From positions 64,001 to 128,000 of the forward strand of contig JBFWJS010000007.1 of the NCBI GenBank assembly GCA_050253075.1: a DNA stretch of 64,000 bases, read 5' to 3'. This DNA comes from Deferribacterales bacterium. Lineage in GTDB: Bacteria; Chrysiogenota; Deferribacteres; Deferribacterales; Geovibrionaceae. The notes below the pieces were generated by a model. It made no database searches and was not told the origin of the DNA. It saw only the letters and a list, made by a program, of their open reading frames with translations. Every line of letters starts with the position of its first letter. The stretch's first letter is position 1. Position numbers and translations under genes: made by a program. Positions 9,120 to 18,903 of the stretch are shown in pieces.

Positions 9120-11297
9120 ATGTCGATAAGCAAGAAAGTATTATGGATATTCACTTCTGTTTTGGTGCTCATCCTTGCGCTTTGCGTGATGGTATTTACC
9201 TACCAGCATAAAAACCGCAGGATGCATGACGTCCTCCATAGCCTTATTGCTTTTAACGACAGCGTACACACCCTCAGGCACAACCAGATAATCGTTTCAA
9301 ACGAAGATTCCCCTGCCAGCATTTATCAGCTGCAGCTGAGTGTGACCTCCATGAAAGAGGACAGCACAAACCTTATAAATTCCCTTGATAACACTACTAA
9401 AGAAGAGCTGGATGTTCATACGCTGAGCTCTGATATCAGTAATTATTACACCGCAATAGAAGAGTATGTGAAGCAGAGCCGAGAACAGTCCATGCTGACA
9501 GAGGAGCTGGAGCTTTACAGTGAACGGCTTCATGTCTTAATGCTTAAAGTGGCTGATGATAAAGGACAGATGTATCACGCTTATGAAAAGATGATAGTCT
9601 CCTTCCTGAAGTCATTCAGCCCGGACAAGCTGAGCATGATACGAAGCGAGATAAACAACATTCTCGTATCCGTGAACGACCCCGTGGTGAGGAATTTATC
9701 GGGTCAGATAATCCTCACATCCGAAAAGCTGTATGTGAACAACCTTAATCTGAAAGAGAGGGACGAGTTCCTCTCGAAAACATCAGAGAACTTCCTCTCT
9801 ATGACATCCAGCCTCAGCAGGAGGCTTCAGGAGAGGGACGACAAGATAACACGCATGCTGAGCTATACCGCATCTGTCATCATACTGCTCAGCTTCACCA
9901 TCGCCTTGCTCTACTGGGCGGTGATAAACAAGTATGTCCAGCGATTCCTTAAAAATCAGTCCGAAGTGATGAACGCCATCAAAAACAGGACAGAGATCGA
10001 AGAGATCGACGAGAGCAATTTCAGCCCTGACGAGCTGGGAGAACTGACGAAAAACATGTGGGACGTAGCCACAGAGCTGAGGGAAAAAGATAAAGAGCTT
10101 ATCCGCAGCGAGCTGAAATACCGCACATACATCGACACCACGCCTGTGGCAGTGTTTGCCGCCGACGAGGATAATAACATCATCGAAGTGAACAACGGTA
10201 TCATGAATATGCTCGGCTACACCAAAGACGAATTCATCAAGATGACCTTATACGATATCTGGGCTGATGAGAAAGAAGTCAGTGACGCCAGCCTCGAAAC
10301 CCTTAAGAGAGACGGCAAGCTGAACTTTGTGAAAAAGCTGAGAAAGAAGAATGGCGATTTCGTCTATATCAGCATGAATGCCATAAGGCTCACAGACGGG
10401 AACTTTGTCGGATTCGGCATTGATATCAGTGAACGCATCAGGCTGGAAAAAGAGCTGAAAAAGATAAATGAAAACCTGCTGGAAAAGGTGAAAGAGGAAG
10501 TTGATAAAAACCTTAAGCAGGATCAGATAATACAGCAGCAGAAGAAGCTGGTCGACATGGGTATGATGGTGAGCGCAATAGCCCACCAGTGGCGTCAGCC
10601 TCTGAATGCCCTTGCTCTGTGTGTGCAGGATGTCAAAGACGAATTCGAATTCGGCGACCTGAACGACGAATACCTCACCAAGTATGAAGAGAATACAATG
10701 AACCTGATAGCTCATATGTCGAAGACCATTGACGATTTCAGAGATTTCTTCATGCCTGATAAGACACAGACGGACTTCAATGTTATCCATGAGGTGACAG
10801 ACCTTGTGCGCCTGCTGAGCGTACAGATATCTTCAAACGGCATAGACATGACATTTCAGTGCCTGTGCGACAACGGCAGGAGACAGTGCAACGGCTACAG
10901 CGAAAACTGTAACTGTGTAAATGAATATAACCTTGTAAAAGGATACCCCGGTGAGTTCAAGCAGGTGGTGATAAACCTTATATACAACAGTGTCGACTCT
11001 ATCGTTGAGATGATGGAGGAAGGGAAGCTGGACAGAGGGCATATAAACGTCATCGTATCCTGTGAGAAAAACTCTGTGAATGTAACTGTCAGCGACAACG
11101 GCACGGGTATCAGCGACGAGGTGCGCAGTCATATATTCGAGCCTTACTTCACCACAAAGAGAGAAGGGAAGGGGACAGGCATAGGTCTGTATATGTCGAA
11201 AGCTATAATAGAAAGCCACATGGGCGGTAAGATATATGCGGCAGAGCCTGAAGAGGGGGCTTGCTTCGTTATAGAGCTTCCCCCGCAGGTTTCTTAG
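9120..11297 (+). CDS. Membrane-bound PAS sensor histidine kinase
   Basis: Two TM segments, HAMP-like DELGEL, PAS, H-box IAHQWRQPL, N-box, DNGTGI, FEPYFTTK, GTGIGL. Confidence 0.95.
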   Translation: MSISKKVLWIFTSVLVLILALCVMVFTYQHKNRRMHDVLHSLIAFNDSVHTLRHNQIIVSNEDSPASIYQLQLSVTSMKEDSTNLINSLDNTTKEELDVHTLSSDISNYYTAIEEYVKQSREQSMLTEELELYSERLHVLMLKVADDKGQMYHAYEKMIVSFLKSFSPDKLSMIRSEINNILVSVNDPVVRNLSGQIILTSEKLYVNNLNLKERDEFLSKTSENFLSMTSSLSRRLQERDDKITRMLSYTASVIILLSFTIALLYWAVINKYVQRFLKNQSEVMNAIKNRTEIEEIDESNFSPDELGELTKNMWDVATELREKDKELIRSELKYRTYIDTTPVAVFAADEDNNIIEVNNGIMNMLGYTKDEFIKMTLYDIWADEKEVSDASLETLKRDGKLNFVKKLRKKNGDFVYISMNAIRLTDGNFVGFGIDISERIRLEKELKKINENLLEKVKEEVDKNLKQDQIIQQQKKLVDMGMMVSAIAHQWRQPLNALALCVQDVKDEFEFGDLNDEYLTKYEENTMNLIAHMSKTIDDFRDFFMPDKTQTDFNVIHEVTDLVRLLSVQISSNGIDMTFQCLCDNGRRQCNGYSENCNCVNEYNLVKGYPGEFKQVVINLIYNSVDSIVEMMEEGKLDRGHINVIVSCEKNSVNVTVSDNGTGISDEVRSHIFEPYFTTKREGKGTGIGLYMSKAIIESHMGGKIYAAEPEEGACFVIELPPQVS

Positions 11298-12409
11298 AAT
11301 ATTACTTTATCAAGAGGCGTGTATTCCAGTCCGAATGCTTCGGCTACGCCCTTGTATGTCACTTTTCCTGAAACGATATTAACGCCTTTTGCTATCTCGG
11401 CATTTTCTTTAACGGCGTTCAGCCATCCTTTGTTTGCTATTTCCAGAGCGTATGGGAGTGTTGCGTTTGTCAGTGCCATTGTGGATGTTTTCGCCACTGC
11501 TCCGGGCATATTGGCTACACAGTAGTGCACCACACCGTCCACTTCAAATGTGGGCTCTGAGTGTGTCGTCGGGTGCGATGTTTCAAAGCATCCCCCCTGA
11601 TCGATAGCAACGTCTACGAGCACTGCGCCTTTCTGCATGAGCGACAGCATATCTCTGGTGATCAGCTTCGGAGCTTTTGCCCCCGGTACGAGTACTGCGC
11701 CTATCACAACGTTTGCTTCAGCGATGAGCTTCCGCAGTGTTGCGGGGCTGGACATCATAGGGATGCAGTTCTTAGGCATAACGTCCGAGAGGTATCTAAG
11801 CCTGTCCAGATTCATATCCAGCAGATAGACCTTTGCTCCCAGTCCGCACGCCATCTTTGCAGCGTTTGTGCCGACGACGCCTCCGCCGATCACAACGACT
11901 GTCCCCGGTTCTACTCCCGGCACGCCGCCTAGGAGAACTCCGTGCCCTCCAAATGCCATCTCAAGGTACTTTGCGCCCTCCTGAACAGACATTCTGCCTG
12001 CTACCTCGCTCATAGGTGTTAGCAGGGGGAGGGAGCCGTCGCATTTTTGTATCGTCTCATATGCGATATTCACTGAGCCGCTTTTGATAAGAGCGTTTGT
12101 GAGCTCCTCTGCTGCTGCGAGGTGCAGATATGTGAAAACTATCTGACCCTCACGGATAAGCGGATACTCAGAGGGCTGTGGTTCCTTCACATGCATGACC
12201 ATGTCGCACTTGGCGAAGATATCCGCCGCTGTGGGCAGTATCTTTGCGCCCGAGCTGATATACATGTCGTTTGTGAATCCGCTGTTAGAGCCGGCTGTTG
12301 ATTCTATGAAGACCTCGTGTCCTGCGCATGTCATAACTTCCACACCCGCAGGGGTCATACTGACCCTATTTTCGTCCTTCTTGATCTCTTTCAGTATGCC
12401 GACTTTCAT
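11294..12409 (-). CDS. ald: Alanine dehydrogenase
   Basis: KEIK.DENRV, HVKEP, LPLLTPMSEVAGR, DVAIDQGGCFETS, HYCVANMPGAV. Confidence 0.97.
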   Translation of the reverse strand: MKVGILKEIKKDENRVSMTPAGVEVMTCAGHEVFIESTAGSNSGFTNDMYISSGAKILPTAADIFAKCDMVMHVKEPQPSEYPLIREGQIVFTYLHLAAAEELTNALIKSGSVNIAYETIQKCDGSLPLLTPMSEVAGRMSVQEGAKYLEMAFGGHGVLLGGVPGVEPGTVVVIGGGVVGTNAAKMACGLGAKVYLLDMNLDRLRYLSDVMPKNCIPMMSSPATLRKLIAEANVVIGAVLVPGAKAPKLITRDMLSLMQKGAVLVDVAIDQGGCFETSHPTTHSEPTFEVDGVVHYCVANMPGAVAKTSTMALTNATLPYALEIANKGWLNAVKENAEIAKGVNIVSGKVTYKGVAEAFGLEYTPLDKVIF

Positions 12410-12418
12410 GACGGGCTC

Positions 12419-12835
12419 CTATTTGTATTTTTCGAAAGGTATGCCGTTTTTAGCCGCTTGAACCACACCGCCTTTTATATCTATAGCCTGAGAGTATCCA
12501 AGCTGGCGGAGGAGTCCTATCACGTTCGATGTTCTGTTTCCTGTACGGCATATGATGGCGAAAGGCTCATTCTTATTTACTTTTTTGTCCAGCTGAGAGA
12601 CGAAATTTTTAACGTTATAGTTCCCCTTAGAGTCAAAGAACTCAATGGTGCTGGAACCTTTCACGATGCCTGTCTGTTTCCATTCGTCTTCTGTGCGGAT
12701 GTCTATTATCTTTATCCCTGTTTTATAAAGAGCCATTGTCAGGGGCTGGTCTTTGCTGTTTGCGGACTGCATGAAAGCGTTTGCTGAAACAAATGTCATA
12801 AGAAGCATAATTAAAGTGAACAGTTTAAATCTCAT
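12419..12835 (-). CDS. Exported rhodanese-like protein
   Basis: Signal peptide MRFKLF...ANA, IIDIRT..EW..TG, active loop CRTGNRT; start re-set from the over-extended 264-aa ORF. Confidence 0.85.
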   Translation of the reverse strand: MRFKLFTLIMLLMTFVSANAFMQSANSKDQPLTMALYKTGIKIIDIRTEDEWKQTGIVKGSSTIEFFDSKGNYNVKNFVSQLDKKVNKNEPFAIICRTGNRTSNVIGLLRQLGYSQAIDIKGGVVQAAKNGIPFEKYK

Positions 12836-12920
12836 TAAATTTCTCCATTTCTGTTGATTGGTTTTAGTTCTATGATATGTTTTATAATATAAATAAATAC
12901 GGATTTTTGCGAGGGTATTC

Positions 12921-14183
12921 TTGTCAGGGAAACTCAATTTTATAAGAAAGGACAACATCAAGATCCTGCTGATAGACAACACGCAGGAAAATATCGACGC
13001 TGTCACTCTGATACTTGCTGAAAAAGGATACGAGGTGACCACCGCAGAAAGCGGAGAGCGTGGGCTTGCGGTCGCTAAAAGGATCGTGCCCGATGTTATA
13101 CTCCTTGATGCCGTTATGCCCGACATCAGCGGATATGACATCTGCCGAAGGATAAAATCCGACCCAAAAGTGAAAGACATCCCCGTGATCTTCCTAACCG
13201 AGATAGACGGCAACGGCGACCTTCTGGAAGGTTTTGCCGCAGGTGCCGTGGACTATATCACCATCCCGTTTGTCAAAGACGAACTGCTCGCAAGGGTCAG
13301 GGTGCACACTGAGCTCGCCATCAAAAGCAGACAGGAAGCTATGCTTGCCGAAATGCTTGATAAATATGCACTTGAGATAATAATCGACACAGCCGGCAGT
13401 ATCAAATATGTCAGCACTGCCTTTCTGAGGCTGACAGGTTATGAGGCGGAAGAGCTCATCGACCGGAGCTTTGACTCCCTCAAACATCCGGATTCATTCA
13501 GGTCTATGCTGCCTGATATTCTGGATTCTGTAATGAATAAATTTACTTACTATAAAGAGATAGACCTGCGTACCAAAAGCGGTGAGAAATTCATCGTGAA
13601 CACATTCGCCGAGCCTCTGAAAACCAGAAGCGGCGAGGTTAAAGGGGCGCAGTGCTTCATGAGCGACGTCACCAGTAAGAAAGAGCTCGAGAGGCTCTCC
13701 ATCACAGACAAACTCACCGGTCTGAATAACAGGCTAAAGCTGGATCAGGTGCTCAGCTATGAGCTAAGCCAGTTTCAGAGGTACGGGACAAACTTTTCCG
13801 TGATACTGATGGATCTGGATGATTTTAAGCATGTGAACGACACGTACGGTCATATATCGGGCGACAAGGTTCTCGTGAAGCTGGCGGATATACTGCGTGC
13901 TAATGTGCGCGACAGCGATACATGCGGCAGATGGGGCGGTGAAGAGTTCCTCATCATAGTGCCAAAGGCGAACGAAGAAGAGGCTGCACACGTTGCCGAG
14001 AAACTCCGCAGGAATATCGAAGAAGAGAAGTTTTCGATAGAAAAGCCCGTTACTGCGAGTGTGGGCGTTGCTTGTATCGAGACAGATTCCAACATCACAA
14101 AGCTGCTCAGCAATGCGGATAAAGCACTGTATAAAGCGAAGAAATCGGGCAAGAATATTGTCGTAAAGGCATCCGAAAGCTAA
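12921..14183 (+). CDS. REC-PAS-GGDEF diguanylate cyclase
   Basis: Receiver PDVILLDAVMP, PAS, TDKLTGLNNR, DLDDFK.VND.YGH, I-site RDSD, GGEEF. Confidence 0.95.
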   Translation: MSGKLNFIRKDNIKILLIDNTQENIDAVTLILAEKGYEVTTAESGERGLAVAKRIVPDVILLDAVMPDISGYDICRRIKSDPKVKDIPVIFLTEIDGNGDLLEGFAAGAVDYITIPFVKDELLARVRVHTELAIKSRQEAMLAEMLDKYALEIIIDTAGSIKYVSTAFLRLTGYEAEELIDRSFDSLKHPDSFRSMLPDILDSVMNKFTYYKEIDLRTKSGEKFIVNTFAEPLKTRSGEVKGAQCFMSDVTSKKELERLSITDKLTGLNNRLKLDQVLSYELSQFQRYGTNFSVILMDLDDFKHVNDTYGHISGDKVLVKLADILRANVRDSDTCGRWGGEEFLIIVPKANEEEAAHVAEKLRRNIEEEKFSIEKPVTASVGVACIETDSNITKLLSNADKALYKAKKSGKNIVVKASES

Positions 14184-14278
14184 TAGTTAAGGATGTATCA
14201 GTTTGTGATTTTCCTTTAAAAAACATAAAAAATGATTTATATTATGACTTGTTTAATCTTATTAAGAGGAGTTCAATT

Positions 14279-14779
14279 ATGGAAAGAAACGGCGTAGTAA
14301 CAATGAAAGGCAACCCAATGACACTTATCGGCCCAGAGCTTAAAGTAGGGGAGAAAGCTCCTGACTTTACAGTTGTAGACCAAACACTTAAGCCTGTGAA
14401 GCTCTCTGACTATGCGGGCAAGACAGTTGTCATCAGCGTTACACCATCTATAGACACACCTGTTTGTGACTTTCAGCTGAGAAAGATCAATGCTGACCTC
14501 GCAGGAAAGGCTGACACTGTTGTTATGAACATCAGCATGGACCTTCCTTTCGCTATCAAAAGATTCTGTGCTGTTGCAGAGATTGAGAACGCTCTCGCTC
14601 TCAGCGACCATAAATCAGCATCTTTCGGTGAGGCTTTCGGCGTGCTTATAAAAGAGCTCAGACTGCTCGCCAGAGCTATGTTTGTTGTTGATAAAGACGG
14701 CAAGCTCGCTTACGCTGAGATAGTTCCTGAGGCTACAGACGCCCCAGACTATGCTGCTGTTACAGCTTTCGTTGGTTAA
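14279..14779 (+). CDS. tpx: Thiol peroxidase (atypical 2-Cys peroxiredoxin)
   Basis: PSIDTPVC, ISMDLPFA..RFC, LLARA; AGGAG RBS before ATG 14279. Confidence 0.95.
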   Translation: MERNGVVTMKGNPMTLIGPELKVGEKAPDFTVVDQTLKPVKLSDYAGKTVVISVTPSIDTPVCDFQLRKINADLAGKADTVVMNISMDLPFAIKRFCAVAEIENALALSDHKSASFGEAFGVLIKELRLLARAMFVVDKDGKLAYAEIVPEATDAPDYAAVTAFVG

Positions 14780-14803
14780 TTATCATACCTGACATATAAA
14801 TTA

Positions 14804-14828
14804 AAAAGGGGGCCAAAAGCCCCCTTTT
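14804..14828. terminator. Bidirectional intrinsic terminator
   Basis: AAAAGGGGGC-CAAAA-GCCCCCTTTT between convergent genes. Confidence 0.85.
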
Positions 14829-14844
14829 CAATTAGAAGTATCCT

Positions 14845-15861
14845 CTATGCCTTCGCTCCGGCATGTACCTGTGCAGTACTCTTGTTTTTATCTTTAAATA
14901 TCTTCGGAACCAGCTTGATATACCATGCGGCAGACTGTATCTGTATTACATACGCCATGGATATCAGCAGTGCTATCGTCGAGCCTTCCTTGCCGAAAGC
15001 TGTCATAGCGATGGCTAGCGCAATGGAAAGGTCTCTCATAACCACGCCGAATACCATAGCTATTGCGTCTTCTCTGTTGAAGAATGTCTTTCCTATTATC
15101 GAAAGCACGATGTAGGAGAGTATGTAAAAGACGGCGAGGGGGATCATGATGCTGATGAGGTCGCCCGGGTTTGCCAGTATGTTCTTCGCTTTCAGAGACA
15201 TAGCGACAAAGGCTATCATGGTGACACCGAGTGCGGAAAATGGCGCAAATCTCGGCTTATAGACATTCATCCATGCTTCCTGACCGTATTTCCTGCGTAT
15301 TGCTGTCTGTGTGGCTATGCCCGCAGCCAGAGGTACGAATACGAATATGCATATCTGCTTAAACATGTGGAGCATATCAACCTCTACGGTAGCCCCCATG
15401 AAGATTTTTGTATAAACAGGCGCAGCCATTGCACCGATGATAAGCCCGAAGACCAGCATCTTTGTGGCTGCTTCTTTATTCCCTTTGGCAAAGCCTGTCC
15501 AGGATATCGTCATCCCCGATGCCGGTAAAACACCGATGAGGAAGAGCCCCACAGCCCAGAGACCGTATTTAGCCTCTGCTCCTGTAAAGAAGACCTTACC
15601 CAGTGTGTAAACCACTGTAGGGATGAGGATAAAGTTTATAAGCTGGGTGGTGAGCTGAAGCCTGAGATCATGCCCTTTAAAGACAGAGCGCACATTCAGC
15701 GTTGCCATCATGGGGTAAACCATGAGGAATGTGATAGGTATTATAAGTTGTTTAAGCGGTTTAGCATCAAAGAGATATCCGCCGCCGACAAGACCCAATA
15801 CCATTGATATAGGTATAGCCCATACTAAGTTTTTCTGAAGTATTGTAAGTGCTTTAAACAT
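14845..15861 (-). CDS. ACR3/bile acid:sodium symporter-family transporter
   Basis: FLMVYPMM, W..FAKGN, RDLSIALAIA motifs; about 10 TM segments; substrate uncertain. Confidence 0.8.
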   Translation of the reverse strand: MFKALTILQKNLVWAIPISMVLGLVGGGYLFDAKPLKQLIIPITFLMVYPMMATLNVRSVFKGHDLRLQLTTQLINFILIPTVVYTLGKVFFTGAEAKYGLWAVGLFLIGVLPASGMTISWTGFAKGNKEAATKMLVFGLIIGAMAAPVYTKIFMGATVEVDMLHMFKQICIFVFVPLAAGIATQTAIRRKYGQEAWMNVYKPRFAPFSALGVTMIAFVAMSLKAKNILANPGDLISIMIPLAVFYILSYIVLSIIGKTFFNREDAIAMVFGVVMRDLSIALAIAMTAFGKEGSTIALLISMAYVIQIQSAAWYIKLVPKIFKDKNKSTAQVHAGAKA

Positions 15862-15909
15862 ACTGTCACCTGTTGTTGTTTTAAACCAATGTTCAATAAC
15901 CGTGAGAGT

Positions 15910-15961
15910 ATATTAATATTCGCATATTCATATGTCAAGTATATAATGCGCATATGCTTAT
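15910..15961 (-). promoter_or_regulatory. Promoter (TTGACA-17-TAATAT) overlapped by two imperfect 18-bp repeats
   Basis: ATATTCGCATATTCATAT (15916-15933) and TAATGCGCATATGCTTAT (15944-15961), 13/18 identical. Confidence 0.5.
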
Positions 15962-15986
15962 AAGATTTTTGTTCGGTATATGAAAA

Positions 15987-16361
15987 TTACTTTTTAGAAA
16001 TAGTCTCTAAAGCCTGCTTCAGCTGGCGCATCTGCTCGAAGAAGGTGCACTCGCAGTCTGCTGTTTCAGAAAGGCAGTTCCACTTTTCTTTAAGCTCTTC
16101 AAATTTGTCCAGAGTTTCCTTTGTGGCGTCTTCACTGTGACGGATGATATGCAGGAAGAATTTAGTAGGAGTCATCCATGTCTGAGACCAGTTCCAGTCT
16201 CCGCTTTCTATGACATTGAGGAACTCTTTCATACGGCATTGATTAGCTCTGAAATCGCTGCATTCGTATGATTTACACGTTGCATGAAGAAGCATCTCGA
16301 GTGAGTTGTCGTGGATCTCAATATTGGAGTTGTCAGAAATATTGTAAAGTTCGTTACGCAT
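15987..16361 (-). CDS. Hypothetical cysteine-containing protein (about 124 aa)
   Basis: Fills the gap between two genes, with protein-like composition; start chosen at MRNELY. Confidence 0.55.
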   Translation of the reverse strand: MRNELYNISDNSNIEIHDNSLEMLLHATCKSYECSDFRANQCRMKEFLNVIESGDWNWSQTWMTPTKFFLHIIRHSEDATKETLDKFEELKEKWNCLSETADCECTFFEQMRQLKQALETISKK

Positions 16362-16565
16362 TGCACACCAAAAAAATAATAGTTTTCCCCACCCCAATAT
16401 ATCGATTATATAAATTTTTCAGAATAAGTCAAAAAATCATTTGCATAAAATTTTACTTAATAAATTTAATTAACCCACTTGCAATACATATTAATGGGTA
16501 TTATATTGTCACATCATAAACACGTAATAAACACAATGTAGACACAATATTATTAGGAGTATCAA

Positions 16566-17414
16566 ATGGTCGGTAAACTTCTTTCAAAATCAAGAACCGT
16601 AAAACTGACAATTTTGTTTTCAATGGTTTTGTCCATTGCTGCCGTTGTTGTATTAATAAACGTATACGGTGATAAGCAGCTTAAGCCTGAATCTGATAAG
16701 ATAAAGAGCTTCTATCTCAGCGAAGTTGACGAGATGAGAAGTTTCTGTATGAAGAAGGTTATGGAGCTGGCGGGCAACAAAGACATTATCGAAGCTCTGA
16801 AAACAAGCGACAAGGATAAGTGCATTCATGTGGTGGAAAGCGCCCTTGACGACGTTAACAACAACACTAAATACAGCAACTTCAGAATAAATCTGCACAG
16901 CAATGACATGTCATCCCTGTTCATGAACTGGGACGTACACGAAAGCGGAGACAGGCTGAATCAGTTCAAACATTCCCTCAGGTATGCCAGAAAGACTAAG
17001 AGCGCCGTAGTAGGCTTTGAGGTAGGGCGTTCCGGTCTTTTCATCAGAGCAGTGATGCCTATTTTTGAAAATGATGAATTCATAGGGTCTGTTGAGACAA
17101 TGGCCGGTATTGATTCTATCGTGCAGGACATGTCTGAAAAGGGTGAGCTGATGCTCTTTCTCATGAATGAAAACAAGCTGGACGTGGCGAAACGCCTCAA
17201 AGGTAATGATACTATACACGACCTTGTAATAGCTCAGAAAGCGTTCGATAAGGCACTTTTTCAGCACCTTAGCGATGTCGATACCCATGATCTTTTCACT
17301 AAAGACCACATGAAGCACGAAGGTTTTCTCCTTGCGGGGATACCTATCGTCGATGTAAACGGTCTTGAGACGGGCATCACAGTCGTAGCCAAACCGCTTA
17401 AAACTATCAAGTAA
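16566..17414 (+). CDS. Stand-alone Cache-domain protein with a single N-terminal TM segment
   Basis: INLH...SLFMNW...GD.L..F...GFEVGRSGL.IRAVMPI..NDEFIGSVE resembles Cache_3-type sensor domains; AGGAG RBS. Confidence 0.75.
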   Translation: MVGKLLSKSRTVKLTILFSMVLSIAAVVVLINVYGDKQLKPESDKIKSFYLSEVDEMRSFCMKKVMELAGNKDIIEALKTSDKDKCIHVVESALDDVNNNTKYSNFRINLHSNDMSSLFMNWDVHESGDRLNQFKHSLRYARKTKSAVVGFEVGRSGLFIRAVMPIFENDEFIGSVETMAGIDSIVQDMSEKGELMLFLMNENKLDVAKRLKGNDTIHDLVIAQKAFDKALFQHLSDVDTHDLFTKDHMKHEGFLLAGIPIVDVNGLETGITVVAKPLKTIK

Positions 17415-17420
17415 TTCACT

Positions 17421-17460
17421 GTCTGCCGCCGCTTTTCGGGTGACGGCAGACTTTTCTTTT
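17421..17460 (+). terminator. Intrinsic terminator
   Basis: GTCTGCCG...CGGCAGAC stem followed by TTTTCTTTT. Confidence 0.75.
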
Positions 17461-17542
17461 CACTCTCACTTTTCCTTGAAAATATACGGATTTGCGTCAA
17501 TAATTTAGACACAAAGTATTTTATATTTATAGGGAGTTATAA

Positions 17543-18838
17543 ATGAGTGACCAAGGGAAACCTGATATTCATCTGAACCTAAACGTTAGGGGGCTGCCCC
17601 TTTCCGCAACACTTGCCATAAACGAGCTGAGTAATTCTCTCCGACAGCAGGGGAGAAAGATTTACAAGCTCGGGCTTGGTCAGTCGCCGTTTCCTGTGCC
17701 TCAGTCCGTGGTGAACGAGCTTAAAAACAATGCTCACCAGAAAGACTATCTGCCCGTTCGCGGTCTGCCTGCTCTGCAGGAGGCCATAGCCGAATATTAT
17801 CATAAAACGCAGGGGCTGAACTTTCAGGCCAAGAACATACTCGTAGGACCGGGCTCAAAGGAGCTCATGTTCATCATACAGCTTGTATATTACGGAGATC
17901 TCGTCATCCCGACACCCAGCTGGGTTTCATACGCTCCTCAGGCGCATATTGTCGGACATCATGTCAAATGGCTGAACACCCTTGAGGAGAACGACTGGCT
18001 CCTTATGCCCGAAGAGCTCGAGGCGCTGTGTAAGGAAGACCCGAACAAACCGAGACTGCTGATACTGAACTATCCTAATAACCCCACAGGGGGCACATAT
18101 AACATCGATCAGTTAAAGGCTCTGGCTGAGGTGTGTCGTAAATATAAGGTCGTGATGCTCTCCGACGAGATCTACGGCGAGACAAACCATCAGGGAGACC
18201 ATGTCTCCATAGCAAAGTTTTACCCAGAGGGGACTATCGTCAGCAGCGGACTTTCCAAATGGTGCGGTGCGGGCGGGTGGAGGCTCGGTACATTTGCATT
18301 CCCAGATTCACTCGAGTGGCTGCTTAGCTCTATGGCGTCTGTTGCCAGCGAGACATTCACATCCACCAGTGCGCCGATACAATACGCCGCCGTGCGTGCT
18401 TTCAAGCTGGGGATAGATATCGAGAGATACCTGTGGAACAGCCGTAAGATACTCCGCCAGCTGGGCGGGCTGGTGCATAAGATACTCGTAGAGGGTGATG
18501 TGCGCTGTGCCGCTCCGAAGGGGGGCTTTTACCTCTTTCCAAATTTCGAACACTATAGAGAAGCGCTGAAAAGCAGACAGATAATGAATGCAGATCAGCT
18601 TTGTCAGAGACTGTTGAATGACGTCGGCGTTGCTATACTGCCGGGGACAGCTTTCGGCAGACCGCAGAATGAGCTGACAGCCAGACTCTCATACGTGGAT
18701 TTTGACGGTGCGAGGGCTCTCTCTGCGCTGGAGACTCAGGCACCTGACTATGAGCCTGACGAGGCATTCATAAGACAGTATTGCGGTGAGAACATCATTG
18801 CGATGGAAAAGACAGTGGAATGGCTGAAAAACGGCTAG
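17543..18838 (+). CDS. PLP-dependent class I/II aminotransferase (aspartate aminotransferase-like)
   Basis: NYPNNPTG, SDEIY, SGLSKW...GWRLG. Confidence 0.92.
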   Translation: MSDQGKPDIHLNLNVRGLPLSATLAINELSNSLRQQGRKIYKLGLGQSPFPVPQSVVNELKNNAHQKDYLPVRGLPALQEAIAEYYHKTQGLNFQAKNILVGPGSKELMFIIQLVYYGDLVIPTPSWVSYAPQAHIVGHHVKWLNTLEENDWLLMPEELEALCKEDPNKPRLLILNYPNNPTGGTYNIDQLKALAEVCRKYKVVMLSDEIYGETNHQGDHVSIAKFYPEGTIVSSGLSKWCGAGGWRLGTFAFPDSLEWLLSSMASVASETFTSTSAPIQYAAVRAFKLGIDIERYLWNSRKILRQLGGLVHKILVEGDVRCAAPKGGFYLFPNFEHYREALKSRQIMNADQLCQRLLNDVGVAILPGTAFGRPQNELTARLSYVDFDGARALSALETQAPDYEPDEAFIRQYCGENIIAMEKTVEWLKNG

Positions 18839-18903
18839 AAAAAGCTAAGCCCTCTTAAAGAGCAAGGTGTTCGAAGGATATGTTGATATATACGTAAGTA
18901 AGA

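Noticed and set aside
12836..13213. N-terminal extension of the 264-aa ORF
   Set aside because: Overlaps the divergent cyclase gene; the signal peptide and RBS fit a start at 12835
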